From positions 14,591 through 78,590 of IMG/VR virus record IMGVR_UViG_3300036766_000670: a stretch of DNA of 64,000 nt. The stretch is one strand, 5' to 3'. Below, piece by piece: positions 19,041 through 29,385 of this stretch. Origin of the DNA: a virus. The notes below the pieces were generated by a model that was not told the origin of the DNA, made no database searches, and worked only from the letters and a program-made list of their open reading frames with translations. The position numbers and the translations under genes are program-made. The stretch's first letter is position 1; each line of letters begins with the position of its first letter.

Positions 19041-19223
19041 ATGAAAAGAGTTTACAAACCAAAAGTTTGTATAGACAATGATTACGTTTCATTACCTATT
19101 GTAAATACTGATAATGCTACAATAAAACTTTGGAATGTTGAAAAAGATAATTTTGTTACTATCACATTCGAAGTCGTTGAAGCACTGTATAAATTAATTC
19201 AGAAAAAGAAAGATAAATTGTGA
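19041..19223 (+). CDS. hypothetical protein
   Basis: 60-aa ORF in the operon, GAGG upstream. Confidence 0.5.
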   Translation: MKRVYKPKVCIDNDYVSLPIVNTDNATIKLWNVEKDNFVTITFEVVEALYKLIQKKKDKL

Positions 19224-19480
19224 AAAAAGTAAATTTAACACAAATAATTGATGCTCAAATATGGGCCAAAGAATGGCTTAAAATAATCAAAAAGCATCCA
19301 AATATTCCGACAGACGAAGGTACAATGATTAGTTGGTTTGCCAACGCAATCATGGCGGGGTATGATGAAGCAAATAAAAGATGCAAATGTGATCCATATG
19401 CAAAAGAATGTTGTGATATTTGTACAGGATATACTAACGCAAAAGTACATGGGAAACTAAAAGATAAAGTTGGAGCATGA
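19220..19480 (+). CDS. hypothetical phage protein
   Basis: 86-aa ORF, 4-nt overlaps with both neighbours. Confidence 0.55.
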   Translation: MKKVNLTQIIDAQIWAKEWLKIIKKHPNIPTDEGTMISWFANAIMAGYDEANKRCKCDPYAKECCDICTGYTNAKVHGKLKDKVGA

Positions 19481-20559
19481 ATCTAACGCCTAAAGAAAAA
19501 TCTAAACTTGTCAATATTTTCAAGAACCGTGAATCCCAGATCCAGGAGATTCATGATAATTGGAAAAGAACTACCGACTCTGACGTTCTCTTAGTTGATG
19601 GTACTAATACTTTTATTCGTTGCTGGTCGGCAAATCCGGCAATGGACGAAAATGGAAATCATACGGGTGGTATTGTGGGATTTTTGAAGTCAATTGGTTA
19701 TGCTATCAAACTTCTTGCATCTACACGATGTATTATTGTGTTTGATGGGGTTGGCGGGTCTTTCAAAAGGAGACAACTTTTTCCAGAATATAAAGAACAC
19801 CGCAAAGGACGCATTAGACTCAACCGTTCTTATGAAGAAATGTCTGATGCACCTACAGAAGAAGAAAGTTGCCGAAAGCAATACCAACGAATGGTCAATT
19901 ATCTGCAAATTTTACCAGTAAATCTTCTTTCCATCGATCATGTTGAGGCAGACGATGTTATAGCTTTTCTTGCTACAGAATATTTTAGGGCGTCAAGAAA
20001 AGTATATATTATGTCGTCTGATAAGGATTTTCTCCAATTATGTACAGGTAATATCAATGTTTACTCACCTACTAAAAAACGTATTTATGGCACCCCTCAA
20101 ATTCTTGAAGATTACCAAATTCACCCCAATAATTTTGTCTTATACCGTGCTTTAGATGGCGATGCTTCTGATAACGTTAATGGTATCGAAGGCGCAGGTC
20201 CAAAGACTATCGTAAAACATTTCCCGTGGCTCAATGAAGATGTCAAACATACTATTGATGAAGTAATTTCTCATGCAATTAATTTGAGAAACAAGTATAA
20301 AGTCTGCGAAAATATTGCCGAAGGCCGTCTAATTTTGGAAAGAAATATGGCACTTATGCAGTTGAGAGAAACCGCCCTTACGACCGCTGCACAACTTCAT
20401 TGTATTGGGTGTCTGGATACCAAGAAAATACCCAAACTTGATAGGAATGCGTTTTACAAACTGGTTCGGGATGATTTATTGGAAAATGTTCTTCCCAATC
20501 ATGTGACTTGGGTAAGTGAAGTTTTTGATCCATTAGATAGAGTAACCAGAAGTGAATAA
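19477..20559 (+). CDS. 5'-3' exonuclease / flap endonuclease (T4 RNase H-like)
   Basis: LLVDG, VFDG, YKEHR, EADDVI, SSDKDFLQ, GDASDNVNGIEGAGPKT. Confidence 0.92.
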   Translation: MNLTPKEKSKLVNIFKNRESQIQEIHDNWKRTTDSDVLLVDGTNTFIRCWSANPAMDENGNHTGGIVGFLKSIGYAIKLLASTRCIIVFDGVGGSFKRRQLFPEYKEHRKGRIRLNRSYEEMSDAPTEEESCRKQYQRMVNYLQILPVNLLSIDHVEADDVIAFLATEYFRASRKVYIMSSDKDFLQLCTGNINVYSPTKKRIYGTPQILEDYQIHPNNFVLYRALDGDASDNVNGIEGAGPKTIVKHFPWLNEDVKHTIDEVISHAINLRNKYKVCENIAEGRLILERNMALMQLRETALTTAAQLHCIGCLDTKKIPKLDRNAFYKLVRDDLLENVLPNHVTWVSEVFDPLDRVTRSE

Positions 20560-20606
20560 AATGAACTCAAAAAATCGAAGAATAGAAAATAGATTGAAGA
20601 GACATA

Positions 20607-20981
20607 TTGATAAATGACGATTGGAAGAAGAATATGAGAGGATTATTGAAAGAAACAGAAATAAGGACATGCTCTCACAACGAGAGGAGAGGATGCGTCG
20701 TTTCATACGAGACGATTTATGAGAAAAAGTTGGAAGTAGATAGTAAGATCCTGTTACCAACAGTAGTTGGTCGTTTTGTTTTTACGGTAATAAAAATAGA
20801 AGGCGACATGGCAACACTTGAATCTGGTTCTGAAATGGCCCGAATGGAGAGGATCGGGAAGAACCGATGGAGGTACAACAATATCACTATGAATAAAAAT
20901 ATGAAAGTTAGAGTAACCGTAGTAGATGAACTACCACCAAAACCGGCGACGAATATAGGGTTTTCAAAGACGTATAAATAA
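20607..20981 (+). CDS. hypothetical protein (start uncertain)
   Basis: ORF; the 3' part looks protein-like. Confidence 0.4.
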   Translation: MINDDWKKNMRGLLKETEIRTCSHNERRGCVVSYETIYEKKLEVDSKILLPTVVGRFVFTVIKIEGDMATLESGSEMARMERIGKNRWRYNNITMNKNMKVRVTVVDELPPKPATNIGFSKTYK

Positions 20982-20992
20982 AGAATTATATT

Positions 20993-21817
20993 ATGAAAAT
21001 TAGATCATATTTGATAAATGAAAATAAGTTTGGGAAGAGTGTTGTTGGTTCAGCATTTTGGGATGCCCGATGGTTTTTATATTTTGGATATAAAAGAACT
21101 CTCAATGTGGAGTGGCAACTATTTCATCGAGCCAGAAGTCATTTTTCATGTACAACAGAACTGGGACATGGAGATGGAGATGATGGATTGATGTTGCATA
21201 TGGCAATCCCGTGGATTTTTTCAGTATTCATATCTTTTGACGGAATATTTGGAACGCTATTTCATCATCCAAATGAGCCTCGGGAGGTCGGCATTTCTAT
21301 ATTTGATGGGGCAATATGGTTTTATCCATTTTCCAAAGTCAATTCGTGGAATAGTAAAGATCCGTGGTATTCTCAATCTCATTGTTTTCGCCTAATAGAG
21401 TTTTTGTTTGGTAGATGGAAATATACAGAAGAAAATGTCGATCCTTGGAAACCCATCGTAGTTGCTATGCCCGAAGGGAAATATAAAGGAAAGTTACGAT
21501 TATATGATGGAGTATGGAAAAATCGTATTAGAACAAAACGCATTCGCCGTGGAGAAATAGAAATGGAAGAAGGTATTCCGGTTCCTGGAAAAGGAGAAAA
21601 TTCATGGGATTGTGGCGAAGATGCCTTCCACGGAACAACTTGTCCTGCCATTACTCCAGAAGAAGCGATCTGCTCTTTAATCGAAGGTGTTATGCGTGAC
21701 AGAAGAAAATATGGAAATTACAATAGCATGTTTGATTATGTTCCAGAGCAAAAGCATGTTAGATATAAGGAAATTCCTAATGGCAAAAATTATAAAGCAT
21801 CTGTAGAAAGTAGTTAA
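20993..21817 (+). CDS. hypothetical phage protein
   Basis: 274-aa Trp-rich ORF. Confidence 0.6.
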   Translation: MKIRSYLINENKFGKSVVGSAFWDARWFLYFGYKRTLNVEWQLFHRARSHFSCTTELGHGDGDDGLMLHMAIPWIFSVFISFDGIFGTLFHHPNEPREVGISIFDGAIWFYPFSKVNSWNSKDPWYSQSHCFRLIEFLFGRWKYTEENVDPWKPIVVAMPEGKYKGKLRLYDGVWKNRIRTKRIRRGEIEMEEGIPVPGKGENSWDCGEDAFHGTTCPAITPEEAICSLIEGVMRDRRKYGNYNSMFDYVPEQKHVRYKEIPNGKNYKASVESS

Positions 21818-21830
21818 AAGTGGATATTTT

Positions 21831-22628
21831 ATGACTACTATTGATATAAGACATGGAGATTTCTTGGTGAGAGAAAAAGATATACTTGATAATTCGATAG
21901 ACCTTATTGTAACAAGTCCTCCTTATAATGCGAAACAATTTTATACAAACTATAATGATAACCAGGAATTCACAATGTATTATGCTTGGTTAAAGGCGGT
22001 ATGCAAGGGAATGTATAGAATAATCAAACCAAATTCAAGTATTTTCATAAATATCTGTGACATAGGAATATCTAATGGTGAAGCAAGCGGAATTCATAAG
22101 ATTGGCAACCGAGGAAATTTTTATGTGGAGCCGACACATATTGTGATTATTGGAGAGATGATATCGCTCGGTGCTCAATATTTACATCCGATTTTTTGGA
22201 AGAAACCGAGCAATCATAATAGTCAGTTTGGAGCAAATGCTCGTTTTTGTGGAACATATCCATATCCTAAAAATTGCCATGTTCCATCAGAAATAGAATA
22301 CATTCTTCATTTTAGGAAAAATGGCATTTACAAAAAAGTGGATAGAGATAAGAAATTGAAGTCTAAAGTTTCAAAAGAGAGATGGTTACAATTATCATCT
22401 CAAGTGTGGGAATTCAATGGGGTTCAGAGAAAAGATCACCCGGCACCATTTCCATTAGAACTTCCTCTTCGATGTATTGAGGGATGGTCTTTTATAGAAG
22501 ATTTGGTGCTTGATCCATTTGTGGGAATAGGAACTACAGCATTGGCTTGCAAGAAACTTAACAGAAACTTTATCGGATTTGACATCTCTGATGAGTACTG
22601 TCGTATCGCTCGGCAAAGTATAGAATAA
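21831..22628 (+). CDS. DNA methyltransferase, N4-C/N6-A beta class
   Basis: VTSPPYN catalytic motif before HPAPFP and VLDPFVGIGTT SAM motif. Confidence 0.9.
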   Translation: MTTIDIRHGDFLVREKDILDNSIDLIVTSPPYNAKQFYTNYNDNQEFTMYYAWLKAVCKGMYRIIKPNSSIFINICDIGISNGEASGIHKIGNRGNFYVEPTHIVIIGEMISLGAQYLHPIFWKKPSNHNSQFGANARFCGTYPYPKNCHVPSEIEYILHFRKNGIYKKVDRDKKLKSKVSKERWLQLSSQVWEFNGVQRKDHPAPFPLELPLRCIEGWSFIEDLVLDPFVGIGTTALACKKLNRNFIGFDISDEYCRIARQSIE

Positions 22629-22645
22629 ATTAGCTATCAAATAGT

Positions 22646-22689
22646 AAAGTTCCTTGCCAGAATTTATGATGCTACCGGCAAGGAACTTT
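22646..22689. terminator. hairpin between convergent genes (likely bidirectional terminator)
   Basis: aaagttccttgcc / ggcaaggaacttt 13-bp inverted repeat. Confidence 0.65.
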
Positions 22690-22708
22690 CTGTAATTTCT
22701 AAGAAATA

Positions 22709-23737
22709 CTAACTTTTCCACCCTCTTGGGGGAATTGCGTATTTGCTATCTTTGAATGGTTCGGGAAAACTGACTTGTTTTTCATTTCCCATTGGAACAC
22801 CCATTTCAATCAAAGATTGTCGACTGGCATAATAGATATTTGTAGTAAATGTAAGTATGCCTTTTTCGAATTCAACTTCAATAACTCTACTCTCCTTTGC
22901 TTCACCAAAGCGGGTTCCCATGTCGAATCCCCTGGGTTCAACAGTGGAGCAGAAGTTAACGGTAACAGGAGTTGCCGAAGTCTGTTCGATGCATCCAAGG
23001 GTTTGACTACTATTGAGGGATTGACCTTTAACAGCACTAGTTCCGGTAGAGGACAATTTATTGAAACTTGTTGCATTACGAGAACGAAGAGGAGCACTTA
23101 CGCCCCCTCTTGCTCCGATTTTGCTAGAATGATAATTATTTGTTCTACTATCGGCAAGAGAATTCATTGTGTATGTATCGGAACTTCCCATTCCAGCGGT
23201 TCCACTATAAGTATTACTACACCAAATAGTCGGAGGAGGAGTGTATGAAGTAGTCCAAGGAGACTTCCAGGGCCAATATGGACGATCCCACCAATAATCC
23301 CAATCATTGTAACGATTGTGGTGATGATGATGTTCTTCTCTAATTATAATCGGTTGTGGTTTTTCCTTTTCTTGAAAAATACGAACGCCGATTACCCCGA
23401 CATTTCTCTCAGAGCCATCCTCTTTGGAGGCGGCATAAGAGCGATTTTTGTAATCAAAAACGAATTTAGCAACAGTTTCATTGGAAACACGAAACCCATC
23501 GAGCTTCAACGAACCATATCCGTTTATGACGTACCCATTTCCGTTTTCTGTTGCTGCTTTTCCGTTGAGGGCATCCAATCCATCAACAGATGTAACGGCA
23601 AGAATACGTTGCCAGGTGTTGTTTTTGATTTCGATACTGTACTCAGAGCCATGTTTGGCTTCTACGAACAGTTGACCATTGTGATTATATTGACGGCAAC
23701 GATTGCCGTTGACAAGTATATTAACTTCGTAAGACAT
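22709..23737 (-). CDS. hypothetical protein: beta-rich N-domain plus low-complexity linker
   Basis: 342 aa; SD AAGGA; own promoter. Confidence 0.7.
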   Translation of the reverse strand: MSYEVNILVNGNRCRQYNHNGQLFVEAKHGSEYSIEIKNNTWQRILAVTSVDGLDALNGKAATENGNGYVINGYGSLKLDGFRVSNETVAKFVFDYKNRSYAASKEDGSERNVGVIGVRIFQEKEKPQPIIIREEHHHHHNRYNDWDYWWDRPYWPWKSPWTTSYTPPPTIWCSNTYSGTAGMGSSDTYTMNSLADSRTNNYHSSKIGARGGVSAPLRSRNATSFNKLSSTGTSAVKGQSLNSSQTLGCIEQTSATPVTVNFCSTVEPRGFDMGTRFGEAKESRVIEVEFEKGILTFTTNIYYASRQSLIEMGVPMGNEKQVSFPEPFKDSKYAIPPRGWKS

Positions 23738-23812
23738 ACGATTTTCCTTTCTTTAGTTGAGGTTCTAAAGCTTTGGCCGCTCATACTGCGGATTTCAGCT
23801 TTGTTACGCCAA

Positions 23813-23841
23813 TATATAACAGACCACAACGAAAATGTCAA
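23813..23841 (-). promoter_or_regulatory. sigma70-like promoter
   Basis: TTGACA-17-TATATA on the minus strand. Confidence 0.6.
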
Positions 23842-23892
23842 GCTTTTTCCGGATAAAAATAACCAATCTTGAAAGTTACGATTTATTATAAG

Positions 23893-23921
23893 TTTACATT
23901 GGGATGATAGTCGGGTAGAAT
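23893..23921 (+). promoter_or_regulatory. sigma70-like promoter (divergent)
   Basis: TTTACA-17-TAGAAT upstream of the MTase. Confidence 0.5.
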
Positions 23922-23942
23922 GCAAGACACAATAAAAGAAGT

Positions 23943-24428
23943 ATGGCATTGTTCAATAATAAATTTGCGTCTATTAGACAAGATTGGAATACGCCAAGAC
24001 CGTTGTTTGACAAATTGAATAAGGAATTTAACTTTGAATGGGATCTGGCGGCAACCAAAGAAAATGCTTTATGCAACAAATTCTATTCTAAAGAAAATGA
24101 TGGACTGAAACAGAAATGGAGTGGAAATTGCTGGTGCAATCCTCCATATGGAGATAGAAATAGTAAAATGGTAGATTGGATTAAGAAATCTTACAATGAT
24201 ACACAATCCAATCTCAATTTAACAGTTGTTATGTTAATTCCCAATAGATCTAATACTAATTGGTTTGTTAATTATATTGCTAAATCGCATGAAGTTAGAT
24301 TTATTACCGGGAGGCCCAGATTTGGAAATACCATACATGGTTTACCACAACCTCTTTTAATTGTGATTTTTAAGAAATCCGAAACGCCTACAAAATGGTG
24401 TTGTTGGAAATATGAGGAAAAAATATAA
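23943..24428 (+). CDS. phage DNA N6-adenine methyltransferase (short Dam-type)
   Basis: QDWNTP, DLAA, DGL, WCNPPY, MLIP. Confidence 0.85.
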   Translation: MALFNNKFASIRQDWNTPRPLFDKLNKEFNFEWDLAATKENALCNKFYSKENDGLKQKWSGNCWCNPPYGDRNSKMVDWIKKSYNDTQSNLNLTVVMLIPNRSNTNWFVNYIAKSHEVRFITGRPRFGNTIHGLPQPLLIVIFKKSETPTKWCCWKYEEKI

Positions 24429-24481
24429 ATTTTCTTGGAGTTTTTTGCTTGGAGTAATATATTTATAGAAAGGAGTATATT

Positions 24482-24637
24482 ATGGGGCGAAAATTAAAAT
24501 ACAAAACAAATGATGAACAACTTGAAGCACAACGAAGATGGAGACGAGAATGGTATTACCGAAATAAATTCCAAGTCAATAAAGAGCGAATGCGAAAATA
24601 CTATGTTGATAAAAATATGGACAAGAAATTGCCCTGA
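24482..24637 (+). CDS. small basic protein (51 aa), absent from the ORF track
   Basis: MGRKLKYKTNDEQLEAQRRWRREWYYRNK...; SD AGGAG and TATTTATA upstream. Confidence 0.55.
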   Translation: MGRKLKYKTNDEQLEAQRRWRREWYYRNKFQVNKERMRKYYVDKNMDKKLP

Positions 24638-25220
24638 ATGTGGAAAAGAAATATTTCATTCTAGAAGAGACCATCGGAATTATTTTCAGAAAATAAATGC
24701 TAGATGTAAATCTTGTTCTAAAAAGTCAGAAAATAATCCCCAATATGGAAAACTGTTGACTGATGTATGTCGTAAGAAAATAAGTAATAGGTTAAAGGGG
24801 AAAGTCCCACGAAATATTGAACTTATACTGTGGAGAAATCATCATAAAATTTTTACCAATGACACTCGGTATAAAATGAGACTGTCTCGTATAAAATATT
24901 TACAGTCATGTTTAGGTCAAATTTTTCCAACATATAACAAAGTTGCTTGTAATTATTTTTCTCTACTCGATAAACAGCGGGGATGGAATGGACAGTATGC
25001 TACGAACGGTGGTGAGTATTTTATAAGAGACCTTGGATATTGGGTAGATTATTATGAACCAATGTTAAATATAGTAATTGAATATGATGAACCTAAACAT
25101 TATAGGAATGGGAAGTTATTAGAACGGGATATTCGCCGAATGAAAGAAATACAGAATTTTCTAAAATGTGATTTTTATAGATATAAAGAAGAAACGAAAG
25201 AATTGAAAAAATATGAATGA
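24603..25220 (+). CDS. putative homing endonuclease (Zn finger + NUMOD-like + Vsr/PD-(D/E)XK-like domain)
   Basis: CPECGK...CKSC, NPQYGK, YWVDYYEP..NIVIEYDEPKH. Confidence 0.7.
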   Translation: MLIKIWTRNCPECGKEIFHSRRDHRNYFQKINARCKSCSKKSENNPQYGKLLTDVCRKKISNRLKGKVPRNIELILWRNHHKIFTNDTRYKMRLSRIKYLQSCLGQIFPTYNKVACNYFSLLDKQRGWNGQYATNGGEYFIRDLGYWVDYYEPMLNIVIEYDEPKHYRNGKLLERDIRRMKEIQNFLKCDFYRYKEETKELKKYE

Positions 25221-26610
25221 AAATGAAACTAATACCTTTGTAAAATTTGGAAAAATTTTCCAGAATAAATGCCTTGCTGCGTTGATATCTGACCGTGCGT
25301 TTTTAGAAAGAATACTGGATATTTTATCACCAGATTTTTTTGAGACGGACGCTCAACGTTGGCTTGTCAAATTCATTATGGATTATTTCCCGAAATATCG
25401 TGAAATACCCACAGCAGAAGTATTTGCCATCGAAATTCAAAGATTACCCGATACGGATGGTATAATGAGAGAGGCAATGAAAGAGCAAGTTAAATCAGCA
25501 TATCGTCAAATGGCTGCGGCAGATATTGTATATGTCAAAGAAGAGTTTCTTGAATTCTGCAAGAATCAAAAATTGAAATCGGCGCTTTACGAAGCAACCC
25601 GGTTACTTAAAATAGCCGATTATGCTGGCATTTGGAATATTATCAATGAAGCCAGCAAAGCTGGTATGGAAAGAAACATTGGCCACGAGTATTTGAAAGA
25701 AACTGATGGTCGTTTAAGTGAAGAAGCAAGAGAAGTCATCAAAACGAATTGGGATACTATTGATATTCATCTTGACGGCGGGTTGGGTAAAGGTGAACTT
25801 GGATTTGTTGTAGCACCAGCGGGAAGCGGAAAGACGTGGTTTCTTACTCATATAGGAGCGGAAGCAATGCGTCAGGGCAAAACTGTTCTACATTTTACAA
25901 TGGAACTTAATGAGAAGTATGTTGGACGCAGGTATGATGCATACTTTTCGGGCTATGCTTTTCAGGAAGTTCGGAATCATCCGGATAAAGTCAAAGAGAC
26001 ATTGAAAGATATCACGGGAAAACTGTTCATTAAATACTTCCCGATGAATACCGCCACGGCATTGACTTTGAAGATGCATGTGGAACGTCTCCAACTTATA
26101 ACAGGAGTCAAGATTGATCTGGTCATTGTGGATTATGCAGATTTGCTTCGTCCTTCGGTGATTTACAAGCACCCAAGTCTATATGAAGAGGGTGGCAGTA
26201 TTTATGGCGAGCTTCGAGGAGTTGCTGGCGAGTTACAACTTCCTGTCTGGTCTGCATCACAGGCGAATCGAGGAGCACACGAAGAGGAATTGGTCAGCGC
26301 ACTCAATGTTGCTGATAGTTACAAGAAAATCATGATTGGTGATTTCATTATGTCTCTGGGACGAACGACTGAACATAAACTTGCTGGAACCGGAACTGTT
26401 GCTATAATTAAAAGTCGATTTGGTTCTGATGGTCCGGTATATGCTTGTTCGTTCGATGCTTCTATGGGAGCCATTAAAATTTACGATACGAAGTCGGTAG
26501 AAGGAATGGAAATTTTAAATAGGACGAAGAGTGCCCAAGAAAGCATTAAAGATATTCTTCGTAAACGTTGGAAAGAAACGCATGATAATAACAACGGTAC
26601 GTCGGACTAA
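25213..26610 (+). CDS. replicative DNA helicase (DnaB/gp41-like)
   Basis: GGLGKGEL; Walker A APAGSGKT; TMEL; IVDYADLL; SASQANR; KSRFG. Confidence 0.92.
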   Translation: MNENETNTFVKFGKIFQNKCLAALISDRAFLERILDILSPDFFETDAQRWLVKFIMDYFPKYREIPTAEVFAIEIQRLPDTDGIMREAMKEQVKSAYRQMAAADIVYVKEEFLEFCKNQKLKSALYEATRLLKIADYAGIWNIINEASKAGMERNIGHEYLKETDGRLSEEAREVIKTNWDTIDIHLDGGLGKGELGFVVAPAGSGKTWFLTHIGAEAMRQGKTVLHFTMELNEKYVGRRYDAYFSGYAFQEVRNHPDKVKETLKDITGKLFIKYFPMNTATALTLKMHVERLQLITGVKIDLVIVDYADLLRPSVIYKHPSLYEEGGSIYGELRGVAGELQLPVWSASQANRGAHEEELVSALNVADSYKKIMIGDFIMSLGRTTEHKLAGTGTVAIIKSRFGSDGPVYACSFDASMGAIKIYDTKSVEGMEILNRTKSAQESIKDILRKRWKETHDNNNGTSD

Positions 26611-26724
26611 ATATCATTCCAAATTTTCATAATGCAATTGGAAAGAAAATATTTTGGTTGCGTTACGAATTAGAAATATCTACTTATACTTTGCTAACCA
26701 AAAAAGAATTTCAATAGAGTCAAT

Positions 26725-29349
26725 ATGGATACACCTATTATTAAGTTTGAAGATGTAAAAAAGTTATCTACAGAAGAATATTTTCAGAATAATCAATTTA
26801 GTATAGATGCATTCAAAGAGAAATATGCTCTAGTGCCGGACGAGACATACGTATATGCGGTAAAACGTGTTTGTGATTTCGTTGCTTCGGTTGAAAGGAC
26901 AGAAGAATTAAGACAGTGTTGGAGTGCCCGTTGGTTTGATGAGATTTACAAAGATTGGTGGCACCCCGCCGGTTCTATTATGCAAGGTGCGGGGTCGGGA
27001 AGAAAGATTTCGCTTGCTAACTGCACAACTATATCTCTTGGAGTAAAACGAGACGATGAAGAATGGGATAGTCTCGAAGCAATCATTAAAAATGCCGCTT
27101 ACACGATTGCAAAATGTGCTGCCTATCGTCAAGGCTTAGGCATAGATTTCTCTTGTCTCAGGCCAAATGGTACAAAAGTATTAAACTCTGCGAATCAATC
27201 TACAGGAGCCGTACACTGGATGGAGTTTGAGGATAAGATCGGTTATTTTGTAGGGCAAAAGGGGCGGATTCCCGCTATGTTATTTAGTATTTCCTGTGAT
27301 CACCCCGATGTCGAGGAATTTATTCAAATCAAAAGTGATTATACTAAGATTCAAAATGCTAATATCAGCGTACAATGTACTGAAAAGTTCTATAAAGCAG
27401 TAGATAATGATGAAGATTGGGAATTGAAATTTGAAATTCCTGCTGTAAAACGTGGAGATAAAGTGTATATTGATGTTCATAGTATTGATATGAATAGTAC
27501 TCGTGAAAAGGACACTGGCCGCTTTTATAAAATCGTCACACATGATCGCAAGCGTGAGGTATTCACAAAAACAGTTAAAGCTCGCAAATTGATGGAGCTA
27601 ATTGCCAAAAATATGCACGCTAATGCAGAACCTGGTATTCAAAATATTGACATTGCTCGAAAATACAGCAATAGTGATGCTCTCTACGATCCCACCAACG
27701 AATATGATTCTCGTATTCTATCTACAAATGCCTGTTCAGAACAATATCTATCCCGAGAATCTTTGTGTGTTTTAGCATCAATTAACTGTGGGAAATTTTC
27801 CACAAAACGAGAGATTTACATGGGGCAATTGGAAAAGATTTCCAAATCAATCAACCGATTTTTAGATAATGTTAATGAATGTGAATTAGTTCACCAAACT
27901 TATGCCACTCCCCATCAAGAATTGGCAATTCGCAAACTTCGTCGAAACGGCTCTGGCATAACTAATATCGCCGCATGGTTATTCAAACGAGGAGTCATTT
28001 ATGGAACCGAAGAAGGCAATAATGCTGTTGAAGAATTCATGAAATGGTATAACTATTGGTTGTACGTTTCAACAGAGGAACTCGGAAAAGAAAAGGGAAA
28101 TTTTGGGTTATTTAACAAAGATAAGTGGCAAAATGCTCCTTTCATTGTTCGGATGATGAAAGAATCGGAGAAACTCAACGCCGAGTTTAAGACGCCTCTT
28201 ATCAAAGGAACTCATGCTCGCAATGTTACAGTAAGTTCTATTGCTCCTACGGGCACCCTGTCTCTAATGTTCCGTGACTTTGTACTAAGTTATGGAATAG
28301 AACCTGCCTTTTTTATGTATTTCTGGAAAAGGACTCGTATGAATGGAAATTACGAGTACTATTTCTGTGTTCCACGAGTAGTACGTGATATGTTTGTAGA
28401 GGCGGGGTGCTCTATACCTATGGAATCTGATTGTATCAAGGATGATTGGAATGGTTCCAAGGGAAAGGCGATTGCGGCATTTGTTGAAGAACATAGACAT
28501 AAGTTCAAGTTCAAGGAATCTATTGAAATTGATCCTATGAATAAACTTGAACTTATGTCTCGGGTGATGAAATGGGTAGATAGTTCGATTTCGGTTACTT
28601 ATATGCTTCCTATTGGTTCTACATGGAAAGATGTTTATAACTTCATTCTCGAAGCTCATAAAAAAGAAGTCAAAAGTATTGCCGCTTTTCCTGACAAAAA
28701 AATGTATGGTATTGTGTCAAGTTTTCCATTTAGAGATTTGGCATTTAAACTCAAAGATGAGGGGGTTATCATGCACCATCAAAATTTTTCAGATGAAGAA
28801 TTGAAAGAGTTGAATCTTTCTCGTGAGACTATTCAATCAGGAGCTATGACTCGCCCAAAGCGTCTCCAGACATTAGATGCCGATATTTATATGGTAAGTG
28901 TTAAGGGAGGAAAATATTGTGTGGTGGTAGGACTCCAGAATGATCAACCTTATGAAATTTTTGGCGGGCATCTTAACGGTCTGGGGTTGAAATCAAACTA
29001 TAAAAAAGGAAAAATTACTAAAGTTAAGCGAGGTCAATACGCCCTTGAGTTTGACGATATTTTCATTGAGGATTTTTCGAAACAATTCACTCCTACAGAA
29101 CAAATATTATTTAGGATGGCATCACTTCAAATGAGACATGGTATTCCTATTCGTTTCATTGTTGAACAATTACAAAAAGCGACCGATGATATGACAAGTA
29201 TGGCATCTGCCGCAGCAAGGGTTCTCAAGAAGTATATTGAAGATGGAGAAACAGTAAGTGGTCAAAAGTGTCCATCATGTAATTCAGATGAATTAACTTA
29301 TATAGATGGATGTGTTTCTTGCTCCTGTGGATGGTCAAAATGCAATTAG
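26725..29349 (+). CDS. nrdJ: ribonucleotide reductase, class II (B12-dependent)
   Basis: SLANC, NANISV, EPG, TNACSE, IAPTGTLS, SISVT, C-terminal CPSC...CSCGWSKC; no beta-subunit gene adjacent. Confidence 0.85.
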   Translation: MDTPIIKFEDVKKLSTEEYFQNNQFSIDAFKEKYALVPDETYVYAVKRVCDFVASVERTEELRQCWSARWFDEIYKDWWHPAGSIMQGAGSGRKISLANCTTISLGVKRDDEEWDSLEAIIKNAAYTIAKCAAYRQGLGIDFSCLRPNGTKVLNSANQSTGAVHWMEFEDKIGYFVGQKGRIPAMLFSISCDHPDVEEFIQIKSDYTKIQNANISVQCTEKFYKAVDNDEDWELKFEIPAVKRGDKVYIDVHSIDMNSTREKDTGRFYKIVTHDRKREVFTKTVKARKLMELIAKNMHANAEPGIQNIDIARKYSNSDALYDPTNEYDSRILSTNACSEQYLSRESLCVLASINCGKFSTKREIYMGQLEKISKSINRFLDNVNECELVHQTYATPHQELAIRKLRRNGSGITNIAAWLFKRGVIYGTEEGNNAVEEFMKWYNYWLYVSTEELGKEKGNFGLFNKDKWQNAPFIVRMMKESEKLNAEFKTPLIKGTHARNVTVSSIAPTGTLSLMFRDFVLSYGIEPAFFMYFWKRTRMNGNYEYYFCVPRVVRDMFVEAGCSIPMESDCIKDDWNGSKGKAIAAFVEEHRHKFKFKESIEIDPMNKLELMSRVMKWVDSSISVTYMLPIGSTWKDVYNFILEAHKKEVKSIAAFPDKKMYGIVSSFPFRDLAFKLKDEGVIMHHQNFSDEELKELNLSRETIQSGAMTRPKRLQTLDADIYMVSVKGGKYCVVVGLQNDQPYEIFGGHLNGLGLKSNYKKGKITKVKRGQYALEFDDIFIEDFSKQFTPTEQILFRMASLQMRHGIPIRFIVEQLQKATDDMTSMASAAARVLKKYIEDGETVSGQKCPSCNSDELTYIDGCVSCSCGWSKCN

Positions 29350-29385
29350 ATCGGGGTTTGGAAATAAATAACTATATTTATAGGC

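Noticed and set aside
22775-23872. Long + strand ORFs (157 and 184 aa) and similar antisense ORFs throughout the track
   Set aside because: Shadow frames of better-supported genes on the opposite strand
24510-24602. Listed N-terminus of the 236-aa nuclease ORF
   Set aside because: Better explained by the overlapping 51-aa ORF with an SD (24482-24637); the nuclease probably starts at 24603
25213-29349. Inteins or introns in the helicase or RNR
   Set aside because: ORFs are continuous, of ordinary length, with no intein-like splice motifs noticed
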